This document shows positions 12,564 through 25,619 of a stretch of 64,000 bases of DNA, one piece after another. How positions within the stretch are numbered: the first letter of the stretch is position 1; each line of letters starts with the position of its first letter. The notes beneath the pieces are model-generated. The model was not told where the DNA came from. It worked only from the letters and a program-made list of their open reading frames with translations, and ran no database searches. Both the position numbers and the translations under genes were made by a program. The stretch is from Octopus vulgaris (taxonomy: Eukaryota): positions 39,060,001 through 39,124,000 of the forward strand of contig OX597821.1 in assembly GCA_951406725.2 (NCBI GenBank), in the 5' to 3' direction.

Positions 12564-14126
12564 CAGTACTGGAAACATTATTATGGATTTCTGAAATTTT
12601 TGGTATTTCTCTATATAGAGGTAAAATAAATTAAATTTATGTATTTTCAGATGATGTATTTATTATTATTTATGCAGAACTAGTATTTTAGTAGTCAATT
12701 TGCCCTCCTTTAGCAGAATTAAGGGCTTGCACATGTTGCGGCATGTCACGAACTAGTATTCTGCACAAATCTTTGATTCTGTCTGTATGGAATCAAACTT
12801 GTATGAGGCACTCAATAAAGTGGTATTTGGTTGTAATAGGGGTTTGATGTATTTCATCTTTCAACAAACACCATAGGCTTTCAATTGGGTTCATTTCAAG
12901 TGATTTCCTGGTCATGGAAGTATGTCTTTACCAATTTTGCTGCCTGGAATTCCTGTATTCCTGTTGGAATACCCAAGATCTGTATCCATACCATTCCTGT
13001 ACTTGTGGTATCAGTCTACTTCTAAGTACCTCTATGTAGTTCTCTTTGTTCATAGAACCTTCAATTATTTTCAGGTGACTAGTTCTATGGGCAGAAATTG
13101 GCCCTCAAACCATAATCTTCTGTTGAAATGTTAATGTTTTGCGAAGACAATCCAGACGAAATTCCTCACCAAGCCTCCTTCACATGCTTTGCACCCAATC
13201 CTTGAGAACTGCTATGGTGGATTCATCCGAAAACACCACCACCAACAATTGAAAACCATATTTGATTAATAGGACATCCAGAATAAGTTATTGTTTCAGT
13301 CTATGACAATCAGAAATTAATAGCTATTTTTAAATAATCCTTTATAAAGCTGGTTTGGTGCGCCACCTTCATCATTGGGGTGAGCATGGGTTTTTTTCAT
13401 GGCCAATATACAGTAATCCACCATCTCAAAAGTCTGTCATTAATTGTTCTTTGATGCACATTCGCAGGAAATCTTACAAGATGCTCTTCTGTTATTGAGA
13501 GAAATTCTTTTTATTTCTCTATCAATCCTAGGGGTTGTTACTCATTTCCTACCACAGTTACCAACCCTTTTTCTCATCAAATCCTCGTTCTTTTCTGGAT
13601 TTTTTTTCTTAATCACACTAATTGTCTGAGTTGAAACATTTTCTTTGCAATTTCTCCCTGTTTAACTGAGGCATCCCTCAAATACACTTCTATTTGTCTG
13701 ATTTTACACGGACTAAAATATTTTTGTTTGCCTATTTTGGCCTGGAATTGAAATAACATGTTTTTTACACTTTAAGTGCAATTTACTACATGAATTTGTA
13801 ACTAATACAACACAGAGTAACTAAAAAGTCACTAGAACACAAACAAGCACTCTACACCGACCACTACTCGACTAAATCTGAAGGAAACATGGGTAGCAAC
13901 AGCTGGGCCACATAATGCAATTTAGTGTTGACACACAAGAGAAGCTCATTATCGCCAGATGTCACAAGAAACCTGTGTAAGCCATTGCTAAAATCAGAGT
14001 CAGAGAATGTACAGTCGTAATTGTGTGAAAATTAATTTGATTTAAACTCATTTGTTTCATTTAAATAACCAAACATGCAAAATATATAGTGTTTTCTAAA
14101 AATCCATTATAATGTTTCCAGTACTG
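12564..14126 (-). mobile_element. Tc1-family DNA transposon with both TIRs and a dead transposase
   Basis: 27-bp TIRs CAGTACTGGAAACATTAT(T/A)ATGGATTT (1 mismatch), TA at 12562-63; minus-strand remnants VVFSDES (about 13230) and P*PGN..EMNPIESLW (about 12915-12870). Confidence 0.9.
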
Positions 14127-14269
14127 AGCATGTATATACATACACACACACACACATATATATATATATATGAATAAGTAACAACTGATGGATAAGGTGT
14201 CAGTTCATTACAGCTGTTTCCAGTGAGTTTTTAATGATTAATGGAGACTCTGATCTATTATATAAGCAT

Positions 14270-14425
14270 CCTCTACACTCTATAGAGTGGTTTGTGTTAG
14301 GAAAGGCATCCAGCCAGAGCCAAAACCATGCCAAAGCAGATAATGAAACCTGGTGCAGCTCTCCAGCTGACCAAATCTGGTCAAACTGTCTAACTCATGC
14401 CACCATGAGAAGTAGACATGAAATG
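14270..14425 (+). mobile_element. RTE LINE 3' end fragment followed by (TGA)n and (TA)n
   Basis: GGAAAGGCATCCAGCC..CTGGTGCAGCT..CATGCCACCATG; tail segment locally duplicated at 14412-14520. Confidence 0.7.
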
Positions 14426-14520
14426 ATGAAGGTAAAGGTGGTGGTGGTGATGATGATGATATATATATATATATATAGACATGAAATGATGAAGGTGATG
14501 GTATGATGATGATGATGATG

Positions 14521-14588
<68 letters not shown>

Positions 14589-16299
14589 CATGTATTCAAC
14601 CTTACTCTGAAGTGATTTTTCAATTAAAACCTCACCTGTGACTCCTTCTGCTGCAGTAAATACATTGTTTCATCATATTTTCATTAGTATTGGTCATAGG
14701 AGCATTGGTTCCAACAATTATTACATTCACTTCAATATTGACCCCAACATTGACTTGACAGGCATCTACTTTGCAAGCTTCAGGACCATGAACGGCAGGC
14801 AGAATTTGAACTCAGAACAGTAAGGCATAACTAAATACCACAAGGTATCTGAGTCGATCTTCTGCTTATTCTGTTGCCTTGATGGTTCTGATATGTTTAA
14901 TAGGAATAGTTCATATTTTAGATGATGCGTTGGACATATTTTTGTAAAATACATTTTTACATAAATCTAGAGAGGAGAAAGAGTCACCACCCCCCGCTGC
15001 ATATGTCCATTAAAATTAATTTTTGGTTGATCGAAATTTTAGGCAAGTCCTCTCTTTTGTCTTTTTAAGAAATAACTTCAATTAATGCTAATGACGTTTC
15101 TCCTCATTAGAGTTGTAAATAATTATTTTTGGGTCACCACCTCAAGTATGGTAGCTTGCACTTTCACTTTCAATATATGTAAATCATGTAGATATATATC
15201 TATGGAGGTATATAGTATGCATGTGTGTGTGTGTGTGCGTATGTATGTACAGATGTGTGTGTGTGTTGGTTTGGTTTGGTTTGGCCTAGAGGACAGGGAC
15301 ATGCTCATTGCCTTCACAGGTCCCCTGAGATCAGTGAGATCAATGTGATTATTGTTTCAGTTGAATAGTTGTAAGTTGACGGCTTCAGGAGAAACATGGT
15401 CAGGGAGGAGGTTCTACACCCCTCACACACACACACATGCATACCATATACACACTTGAATATATATATATATATATCTATGTATATATGAAAGCATGTG
15501 TATGTGTGTATGTATATATGTAATTATGTGTGAGAGTGTGCAATGATATGATAAATCTGTGTTAGAATTTCCTGCCATCATTTACTGGTTGAATATCTTG
15601 CTTTGTTCCAATCAGTCTGTCACAATAAAATATTTGTTCATATTTTTAAAGTAAGCTACCAGGAAAAATGTACAAAAGCTTTTATTATTAGGAAAGATTT
15701 ATAATAATATTGATAATATAATGAGCTTATTGTTTACAGTGTTCAGCTGCTAGTTTTAAATTAAGCTGTCTTTAGCTATGATAAACCTTTTACTATTTCT
15801 TCAAGGAAACCTGTTCCCAAATTCTTAACATCATGACTTCAAAATATTATGTTTTGTGGCAGAAAATGTTTTTCTACACACTTCCATTCACCTGCTAGTT
15901 TAACCCTAGGCAACCTTGATTCAGCAGGCCTAAGATCAATGGTATTCCAGCACTGATCATCATATATCAGTGAGGTATATTTAGAATGAAATGTAGCTGT
16001 TATTTCTAGCTAGTTATGTGACCACTTAGTGGCTTTAGCATTAGCTTGTTCATTCATTAGTCGTAAATAGGAGCTTCATCCTCTGGGAATTGATGAAAAT
16101 AGCTTACAACTTATAAATGGACATCTCTGGTCATAAAAGTTACTATAACTGTCATAATATGTGTGGGGAAAATCAATAATTATTCCAAACCTGTGCAAAT
16201 CTCATAGATCTATAAGCCTTAATCTAACACCAGTGCTAAAGAGATGAGAAATATTTTATTGCAGGTAACTTTACCAATATGAAGAACTGGACTCTGTGT

Positions 16300-16815
16300 A
16301 GATGCAAGTGTGGCTGTGTGGTAAGAAGCTTGCTTCCCAACCATGTGATTCCAGCTTCAGTCCCAGTATGGGACACCTTGGACAAGTGACTTCTACTCTA
16401 GCCTCAGGCCAACCAAAGCCTTAGGATTGGATCTGGGGGTGGGAGGTGGGGCAAAAACTGAAAGAAGTCTGTTATATTTCTATCTGTAACCGTCACTATC
16501 TATCAATCTGTCTGTCTGTCTATCTCGCTCTCTTTATCTATCTGTGATGTCTGCCTGCCTGTCTATCTGTCTGTCTCTCTATATATATATGTGTGTGTGT
16601 GTATCTATGTGTGTGTGCCTTTATATTTATCACCCACTATTGCTTGATAACTGGAGTGAGTTTGTTTACATCCCTGTAATTTAGTGGTTTGGCGAAAGAG
16701 ACTGATAGAGCAAGAAAAAGACTTAAAAAGATAAATACTGGAGTCAGTTTGTTCAACATAAGGACCAGAAGGTGGTGCTCCAGCATGGCCACAGTCCAAT
16801 GAATGAAACAAAAAC
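16300..16815 (+). mobile_element. SINE family B, diverged
   Basis: TGGCTGTGTGGTAAGAAGCTTGCTTCCCAACC head; GGTGGTGCTCCAGCATGGCCACAGTC 3' part. Confidence 0.85.
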
Positions 16816-17490
16816 AAAAAAGGAAAACATGAAAGCCAAACCAAAAAGATGCTCATCACTTTAATCCTTAATTCATTCATGTCGTCACTTTAATCCTTAA
16901 TCCATTTAGATTACTCTGTCAAATGTATTCTTTATTTATTCACATTGAGGTGAATTAGACATGCATTTCCCCATAGGTTTGAGATTGTTTGTGTTTTGAA
17001 TGTCATTGTCAGGTAGGTGTGAGAGGCCGGATCTGGCCAGTTTGAACATAAAGCAGGTAGGATATTTTGAGTTGGACATGGCTGTCAGATCAGTGGCTTT
17101 GACACAATCTGAAAGCTGAAGCTAGACTTAGTGAGATGCTACACTTCTTCAGCTTTTAATCTTTGTCTTTTACACAATTATGAGGTAAACAAACTTTTCT
17201 TACATTTCTGCTAATTGGCCATCTCTTACCCTATTTACCTAATCAAATAGGCCTATTTGTCTATTTGATTTGGCAAATAAACTAGTTATTGTCTATCTTG
17301 GTTCCACAGTCTGTAAAGTCTCATCATTCTGCCAACCTTTCTTACAGTTGCAGCCATAAAATGGAGATTCTTGACAGCTTCGAAACTGAACAGCTGTACA
17401 GTCTTTATAGTCAACCCTGTAAGTAAGATTATTATAATGTGGAATCCTATTTGAAATTGCTAAATAATAATAACGATGACAACAACAACA

Positions 17491-17771
17491 GCTTGATCAG
17501 AATCTGCTAGCTGGTTAACTTCCCTGGAATTTGAATTTTCTAACAGACATTAGAGCTGCTTTTTGTATCAATAACATTCTCTGAATTAGATTCTGCAGCG
17601 GGCATATTGTCTGGTGCTTCTCTCAATAAAAAGTGCCACTGTTGAAAGAAGCACCAGACAATATGCCTGCAACAGCATCTGATTCAGCAGACAATATTGA
17701 TACAAAAACCAGCTCCAATTTGTCTGCAGAAATTCCAGGCAAGTTCACTAGTTGGCAGATTCTGATCAAAC
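17491..17771. repeat. Long imperfect inverted repeat (arms about 135 bp, loop about 15 nt)
   Basis: 17491-17626 (GCTTGATCAGAATCTGC..GGCATATTGTCTGGTGCTTCTCTCAA) is the reverse complement of 17642-17771 (TTGAAAGAAGCACCAGACAATATGCC..GCAGATTCTGATCAAAC), with scattered mismatches. Confidence 0.9.
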
Positions 17772-17954
17772 TAAGTGATCTAGAAAACAGTGAAAGAATA
17801 TTCGCCACTGGAAACTTCTCAAAACTGTGAAAAATAAACCCCAGGTCAAGCATGCACCAATAGTAGTAGTAGTAGTAGTAGTAGTAGTAGCAGCAGTAGT
17901 AGTAATAATGATAATGATGATAATAATAATAATGATAATAATGATAATAATAAA

Positions 17955-18552
17955 AACTGGTGGGAACACAAACAACCTCCAGTGCTTGAAAATGATTGCA
18001 TCTCACTGCTCTGGAAATTCACCATTCAAACTGACAGAAAGACAGATGCAAATAGGCCAGACATTATATTGAAAGACTTCAGACAAAAATCATGCCTCCT
18101 CATTGATATGACTGTCCCAATTGATATAAACGTATCTGTCAAGACCTACCAAAAACTGAGCAAGTATAAAGATCTTGAAATAGAAATTAGCAAAATGTGG
18201 AACCTGAGGACTAAAACAATACCTGTTGTCATAGGTGCCCTAGGAATGATAGCAATCGGGGCTGATTGCTACCTAGCTCAGATACCAGGAAACCCCAAAA
18301 TAGCAGAAATTCAAAAGATAGTGCTCATGGGAACTGCCCATATCCTACACAAAATACTTTCTATGTAATCTCAAATTTTAAAACAAACACATAATTTTCC
18401 TATGGTTTCTTAGACATTCACTAGTACAACACTAAGTTCAAAACCAAATATATGGCACCCTAGGCATAACACTAACATGAACTTCTAACTTGTCTCTTGA
18501 GGTCTCTGGGTTAGACTTGGAGCCAACTTATGCAAAGCAAAAGTTAAACAAA
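17955..18552 (+). mobile_element. R4/Dong-clade non-LTR retrotransposon 3' fragment (restriction-like endonuclease domain plus 3' UTR)
   Basis: ORF 17982-18368 has RPDI..IDMTVP..K..KYKDL..E...W..IPVVIGALG (PD-(D/E)xK RLE); flanked by (TAA)n-type tracts at about 17860-17952 and 18553-18587. Confidence 0.85.
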
Positions 18553-18592
18553 ATAATCATAATAATAATAATAATAATAATAATAATAGCAA

Positions 18593-19130
18593 TCATTTCT
18601 ACTATTGACATAAGGCCTGAAATTTGTGGATAGAGGGCTACGTGATAACATCAACCTCAGGGCTCAACTGGTATTTATTTCATTGACTCCAAAAGAACAA
18701 AAGGCAAAGTTTGCTACAGTGGAATTTGAACTCAGTGGATAAAGATGGATAAAATGCCAAGTGATGATTTTGTCTGACATGCTAATGATTCTGTCAGCTC
18801 ACCATCTTAATTATTCTTTCTGGACCTGAAATGACTAACTAGTACTTGTTTCACCCACCCTGAAAGGCAAAGTTGACCTCTGCAGGAATTGAAGTCCAGG
18901 ATTCTTCCAGCTTGCTGCCATAACAATGATCCTTTCTGTTACAGGCACATGGCTTCAAATTTTGGAGAAGGGGTCTAGTTGATTTCATCAACCCCAGTTT
19001 ATAAATAATATTTATTTTTATTAACTCAAAAGGATGAAAGCCAAGTTGACCTCAGCAGAATTTGAGCTCAGAACAAAAGATGGATTAAAAGCTGCTAAGC
19101 ATGCTAACGGTTCTGCGAGCTTGTTGCCTT
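18593..19130 (-). mobile_element. Cluster of 2-3 old SINE family A copies
   Basis: Repeated AAAGGCAAAGTT..GGAATTTGAACTCAG and GCATGCTAA..TTCTG..AGCT motifs. Confidence 0.7.
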
Positions 19131-21618
19131 AACAATGGCAATAACAATAGATGGAATCAGAAGATTGTATTGTCATTGTTCTTTATATTTGCTGTTAGTC
19201 TCTTAAAATATGCACACCTATGCTTTTGTTATTAATAGATAATAATCCCAAACCAGCATTTTCTTGGAATAACGACTGATAAATCAGATGGATAGCCACC
19301 ATTTGTTTAAAGTGACTTCATTTAAGATTACATTTTAATTCTGCTTCCAAGTGACAGCATGATATATCAGCACTTTTATTGGCGTACAATTTGGATGGAA
19401 GCCAGTTTCAAATTAAGCAAGGCCTTTAGCAACAATCAGCTCTTTATTTACATACTATAAGAAATCTATTACCAACTTCTTAGAGTTATATATGTACAGT
19501 GGAATAAATAGCCAGTATTTCTAAGGCAAGGGGATAGATATATGACCAGCATTATGGTTTAATTTCTATGACTCTATAGCAAATAATATTATTCTGTTGG
19601 TAGGAAAGCTGTGTGTTGGCTGAACTGCAAACTGATTTCAGGTAATGGAAGTTGAGGTCTTCTTCAAGGATATGTTGTGGTCTTTGTGATCCTTATTCAA
19701 TTAATATTTTTATGTTTATTAAACATCATATGAAATAACAATAATTTCTCACTCAAATACAAAGACCATTGAATAAGAACAGGCTGAGTGAAGTTGCATT
19801 TACCTCAATATATTGTTTCGTTATTCCTGTTTATGTTACTGAAAGCTGGTTAAAAGCAAAAGCACTATATTTACTTGATCAAATAAACGTGAGATATTTT
19901 TCTTTGTTTTTCATAATGCTTGATATATACTGGAAGCAGCTATCTCTGTTTACATCCATTTGAACCTCACAAACTGTTTTTTTGTAGTATCTTAATTCCT
20001 AGTTTTGCATCATTAGGAAGTACCATGGTGATTGAAGTGACCCCAGATATAAATGGTTAAGATTTAAGTACATTTATAAATACAGCATAAGATGTGCATG
20101 TTTATTTTACATCTCTTTGACCATGTTAGCATGGGTTAGATGAATACCTATTAACGAGGCATGGATTTACAAAATGATGCCTTTCCTGTCACTAACACCA
20201 GTCTTTCAAATGAGAAATTTTCATTTCATTCATTTTTAGATTGGAGAGTAACTTAGCATTGTTACATGCAAGGTGCAGAATATAAACATTCACAAAGACC
20301 CAGACAAATATGCACACATCACACAGGGAAAATGGACAGGAAATGAGGGACAGTTTGTACATATTGTACTGTGTTACAATGTGTGAATTCAATATTTTTG
20401 CTCCACAACTGAATGTTAGTTTTTATCTTAAAATATTATTCCCATATTAACTCTATACTTTGTTCTTTTTGTAAAAATTTACATCTTGTCCGACACTACT
20501 GCAGCAGAAAAATCATGATCAACTTTAGGGTTCTCAGAAGAATTCTATGTTTTGTGTTTTATGATAATGTTCTCTGACTGCCAAAATCTATTTGAAATGT
20601 GCATTTTTGATAGAAAAACAAACCTGAAATTAGACACTTTTATTTCAGGGAATAGAAACAAGCTTAAAGACTTGGATGTTCATATTTCTAAAATGTGCAA
20701 GAGAGTTTTAGGGTTTAAGATTTACGGCTCCGTGAGGGCATCATGTTTGTATTTGAGAGTCTACAAGAAAAAGAAAAATAATTGAATTACTATGGTTTAA
20801 CTAAATCAACTTTGATGGTGTTTAACAGATATGAGACAGTATCAAGGGTAGCCATGAATAATGCAACGAAGCAGAGATATAGGGAGTCAGACTGTGGAAA
20901 TTGAAAAAAAGCAAAACAAAAACCATGAATTCAAAAGTGAAAGTAAGGGTTTTGTTTTTGGATCCTGTGATTATTGATTTTTCTTTACTTCCTTCCTGAG
21001 TTAATAAACTGAATAATAATTATGTTGTAGGATATAAAATAGAAACAACTAACTGTATTGGGGAAATGCTGGTTTTGCAGATTTCCAAAGAATATTCAGT
21101 TTTATACCTCTTCATAAGAAATGTGTTACCCCAGAGATGATACAAAATAACCAGCAACAATACATTATACCATTTAATTCACATGGTGTGTCATTTAAAT
21201 TCCATCAGACCTTAAGCAATCCCAAAGCTGATTGATACATAGAATTGCTCTAATCAAAACTATTGTATACCATATATTGGCTAAAAACTGGCAAAATATG
21301 GGGCATTAAAATGTTGATGTATAAAATATGTTACCAAGGTAACCCATATTGATTTGTGAATTAGTTATGAGGGTGATCTTTTGGAAAACGCTGGAGTTTT
21401 GGATTTTGACCTTGTGTATTATAGGGATCTGATAAGAATATAATCCATGTGATGTTGCATTTTAACCATGACAAGCATGAAAGAGAGCTCTTAGTCTCGC
21501 TAATCATAAAAAAAAAAAAAATGATCCATTAATTATCAGCTGCTCCTGGTTCTCATTCATAAAACAAGTCCTCAACAAATTCATTAAATTGAACTTAAAG
21601 ATTTTTAGATAACCATAT

Positions 21619-21832
21619 TGGTTTCATATTTTGGCACAAGGCCAGCAATTTCAAGGATGTGGGTAAGTTGATTATATCACCCCCAGTGTTCAACTGGTAC
21701 TTATTTTATCGACCCTGAAAGGGTGGAAGGCAAAATCGACCTCAGTGGAGTTTGAACTCAGAATGTAAAACAGACGAAATGCTGCTAAGCATTTCTCGTG
21801 GCATGGTAACGATTCTGCAAGCTCACTTCTTT
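21619..21832 (-). mobile_element. SINE family A with 15-bp TSD
   Basis: Family A motifs on the minus strand; TSD TTTAGA(T/C)AACCATAT at 21604-21618 and 21834-21848. Confidence 0.9.
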
Positions 21833-22614
21833 ATTTAGACAACCATATCAGCAATGATAAAACATTTGACATATCTGTCTGCTGAAATAGAATTCTAGAT
21901 GAAATATTTTACCAAAGAATGCATAAAAACATCCACTCACTCCAAGTTCCATGCACGCAACATCATAACCAACAGGATTTACCTATAGCAACTATCTCGC
22001 AGCAACTATTACAGTTACTATGTCACTCCTCAATATTCCAATCACAACCTATAAACCAACTCCAACCTTACATACGTTAAGCTGGTTTACTGGCAACATA
22101 ACAACTGGTTGGTTGCATGGAATAAATATGTCACAGCACTGCTGGAGAAGCAGCTTTGTATTATCTTTGTAAAACACACCACATTCATTAAGTGGAAAGC
22201 AATGGGAGCCCGAATCTGACCAAGCTGTTACGTTCCGCCCAAAAAACTGAAATAACTTCATGATACATTCTGTTGTTTGACAGGACAGAAATGACTGAAT
22301 CAAGACATTTAATGGGATATCTTTTCAGAGGATTTGTAAATATAAGACTTCTAATTGCCCTGCATTAAACTTACTTGGGTGGAGATGGCGGGAATACTTA
22401 GTAACAACAATAGCAATGTCAAATGATGCATACATACATACAAACATACACACGTAAATACACACACACACACATCATTTGTGGGTTAAAAGGCTGACGA
22501 TGGTTTCATGCAAAGATCTTTTCACATGGAACCATTGGTACCCTTGTTAATCCACAAAAAAAATATTTATCCACTGATGCTGTATTGAGCAGTCATTCTG
22601 ACTTTTGAATATGA

Positions 22615-22655
<41 letters not shown>

Positions 22656-24579
22656 TGTGTATGTGTGTGTATATATATATATATATAGAATATATCTATA
22701 TATCCTATAATGTGTTTATTCGCCTTGTCCTTTTATTGCTTGCAATAACAAATCTCATACATACTCATACACAAGACATGTATGTATGTATTTTTGTGTA
22801 CATATGTGCATATGTATGCATGTGTATGTGTGCATGTATATATTCATATATATAATGATCTATGTGCATATATGCTTTATATCTGTGTGTATGCACATGC
22901 ACACACACATTGTAGAAAACAATGGCCAAGATATTCTGAATTAATTAATTAAACAAGCTACCATACACCTGAGAGTTACTAATTAGTTCAGATAATAAAA
23001 TCTTATCTAATATGTTTAAAAACAAATTACATATGATTAAAACTAATTTAGTCTTGCTGTAGACTAAAGTATGTAAAACAACCAATCACTTTTTGTAAGG
23101 GCATATGACGAAGTGTGTGTAAATCAGAAGAGTGCTAAGCAGCTTGAAGCTGTTGGTTTAGTTGTAGTCACATGACTAGCTAAAAAGATATATCTACCAT
23201 TATAACCCCAATATTATTCTGCAACAAAACTAAATATGTTCTAAGCATATAAACGTGTTTTTAAACACTCAAACAAGCTTTGATCTACTGTATAAATTTG
23301 AAATAAATGGTTGCAGAGTCGAAACATTTATTACTTATATTTTCCATTCTCACTTCATAAATTATAATTCCATAATTCCATTTGGTTGTAGGAACCTTAT
23401 TATTCTCATAATGTTGTAAAAACCTGTTTTTCTTAATAAAGAATTTTAATTGGTAATAAAAAAAAATAAATAACAAAAACATCATGTGACAGAGCTACAA
23501 AGTCATATTTTTTAATATTAATTTTCTTATTACATTCTACTTCATTTTTCTTTTTTTGGCATTGGTTTTTCTTCATATTTTTTTTATCATGGTGGAAATT
23601 GATTTTTGCATAGTTGTAGTTGGATTTGATTGAATAAGTAGCGATTCTCCACTATAAAGAGGAGAGATAATTAATTTAATCTATAATGAAGAGACTTTAT
23701 TAAATTGTCTTGCAAAGAATTCCTGTAGCTGATTAATCTATGTATGAATATATTTTTGTCATCCAAACAGACAGAATGTTCTCACGAGAAATTTGGGGTA
23801 CTGGCATATATTTACTTTTATGTATGTATATTTATACACACGCACATATACATATGTCTGTGTGTGTATGTATGTACGTCTACATACACACACATGCACA
23901 CACATGCATACTTACTCACTTGTGGGTGCATATGTACCATACAAAATGAAGAAAACAGTATCGGCAAATACAGGTATATCAAATACCGTACAACATCAAT
24001 TCTTGATTTATCTAAACCATCTTTACCTCTAGAGGATGCATCATAATGACCAAATAAATAGCAAAGGAGACTGGCTTCATATGTAAAGAAGAAATAACCT
24101 CAAGAATCAAGAATTCAAAGTTGAGATGCCATTAAGGAAAAAGACAAGTTTATTGTCTGGAGATAAGAGGACTGTGTTTCTGGCTCAGTAACCATCATCA
24201 ACACAATGTTTGATTGAAAATGGAAAACAACAATAAATAAAATGGCTTATAAGTGTTTATAAATGGTGCAGAGATAATGATTTGCTAAGTCATCAAATAA
24301 ACATTTAAAACTGTTTGAACATCAGAGAATGTGACTTTTTGGAAATTACTGGAATCTGTTGGATAACAACAACTGATTTGATGAAAAATAAAAAAAAAAT
24401 GTTACAAATGAGTCAAAATTCAAATCAAAACTGAATAACATAAATGGCAAATGTATATGGATAAGAGACATAATGATAATTATACCAAAGGGAAAATATT
24501 GCTGTAGATATCAAGAATTTAAGACAAATAAATCATGAAAAGTAAAATCTTTTGTGTGTGTGTGAGTGTATATATGTAT

Positions 24580-24843
24580 ACATTACTTACATTTGATGGA
24601 TATTTGTCCTCATCTTGTTTGTTGTTAACACAATGTTTCGGCTGATATACCCTCCAGCCTTCATCAGATGTCTTGGGGAAATTTTGAACCTGGGTTCTCA
24701 TTCTAGTAACTATTGTAGTTGACACCTTGTTCTTTTAAGAACCATATATAACTGGATAATTTGGTAGTCTTTTGTTTATTCCAGTGTCTAAATCTTAAGG
24801 TGTGATAGTTAAATCTTGCTTTGGAATTTCGCTTCGATGAAAC
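24580..24843 (-). mobile_element. Penelope-like element 3' fragment (GIY-YIG C-terminal part plus hammerhead-bearing terminal repeat)
   Basis: 24822 down to 24703 reads KARFNYHTLRFRHWNKQKTTKLSSYIWFLKEQGVNYN, matching the PLE endonuclease pattern KxRxxxH..F...T.LS.YIW.LK; TA-rich tracts on both sides. Confidence 0.7.
24627..24672 (-). ncRNA. Minimal type-I hammerhead ribozyme motif
   Basis: Minus strand: gacau-CUGAUGA-A-GGCUG(gaggguauau)CAGCC-GAAA-CA-UU-guguu; stem I gacau/guguu, 5-bp stem II. Confidence 0.75.
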
Positions 24844-24861
24844 TATATATATATCTATCTA

Positions 24862-24908
<47 letters not shown>

Positions 24909-24937
24909 ATATATATCTATACCTCTCTATCTATATA

Positions 24938-25041
24938 CAAGGGGTGTATGAAAAGTTTTGAGCTTTCAAGGCCTTTGAGCCTTGACTTCATGTCCCATGT
25001 TTTGTTTTTTTGAGGCTCAAGACTTTTCATACACCCCTCAT
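24938..25041. mobile_element. Mariner-type mini-MITE of about 105 bp
   Basis: TA-CAAGGGGTGTATGAAAAGTTTTGAGC ... GCTCAAGACTTTTCATACACCCCTCA; TIRs about 26 bp, inserted in a TA tract. Confidence 0.8.
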
Positions 25042-25055
25042 GTATGTATATGTGC

Positions 25056-25086
<31 letters not shown>

Positions 25087-25129
25087 CTTCTTAATGTACA
25101 CAGTTATTAGTTATGAGCTACTCATAGTT

Positions 25130-25595
25130 TCTTACATTGGTGATATTTCCAACACTACTGTGAAATAGAAGGAGAACTGTACTGGAACAAGTAGGCACCC
25201 TCGTTTAACTTCATTTGTTACTACAAACTTGCTTGGGGTATCATTATTTTGTACTGAAAATGCCTGCATTCTTTCATGCAGAGACCTGACCAAGTTGGTG
25301 AACTTTCAAGGACATCCATATTTCTTAAGAACCACCCAAAATCCATCCCACAATACTGTGTTGAAGGCCTTTGTGAAGTCTATGAATATGTGTTCCAGTC
25401 AATTCATTTTTCCTGAATTTAACCAAGACAGAAGATCATATCCACAGAGCTTCTTTCACAATTGGACAAATATACTTATTTAGTCTATTTTATAAAATAT
25501 GAGCCAAGATCTTTCCAGCTGTTGATAGAAGAGATATTCTTCGGTTGCTTCCACAGTCTGCTCTGTGACCTTTTTTGAAGACAGGAATGATGCCT
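25130..25595 (-). pseudogene. RTE (BovB-like) reverse transcriptase fragment
   Basis: Minus strand GIIPVFKKGHRADCGSNRRISLLSTAGKILA..FIDFTKAFNTV..LKKYGCP*KF..VTNEVKRGCLLVP. Confidence 0.8.
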
Positions 25596-25619
25596 GTGCT
25601 TATATAGATTCTCCCTGTC

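Noticed and set aside
23950-24520. Possible LINE RT remnant (IIIPKGK..IKN)
   Set aside because: Only one weak motif; too decayed to support a call.
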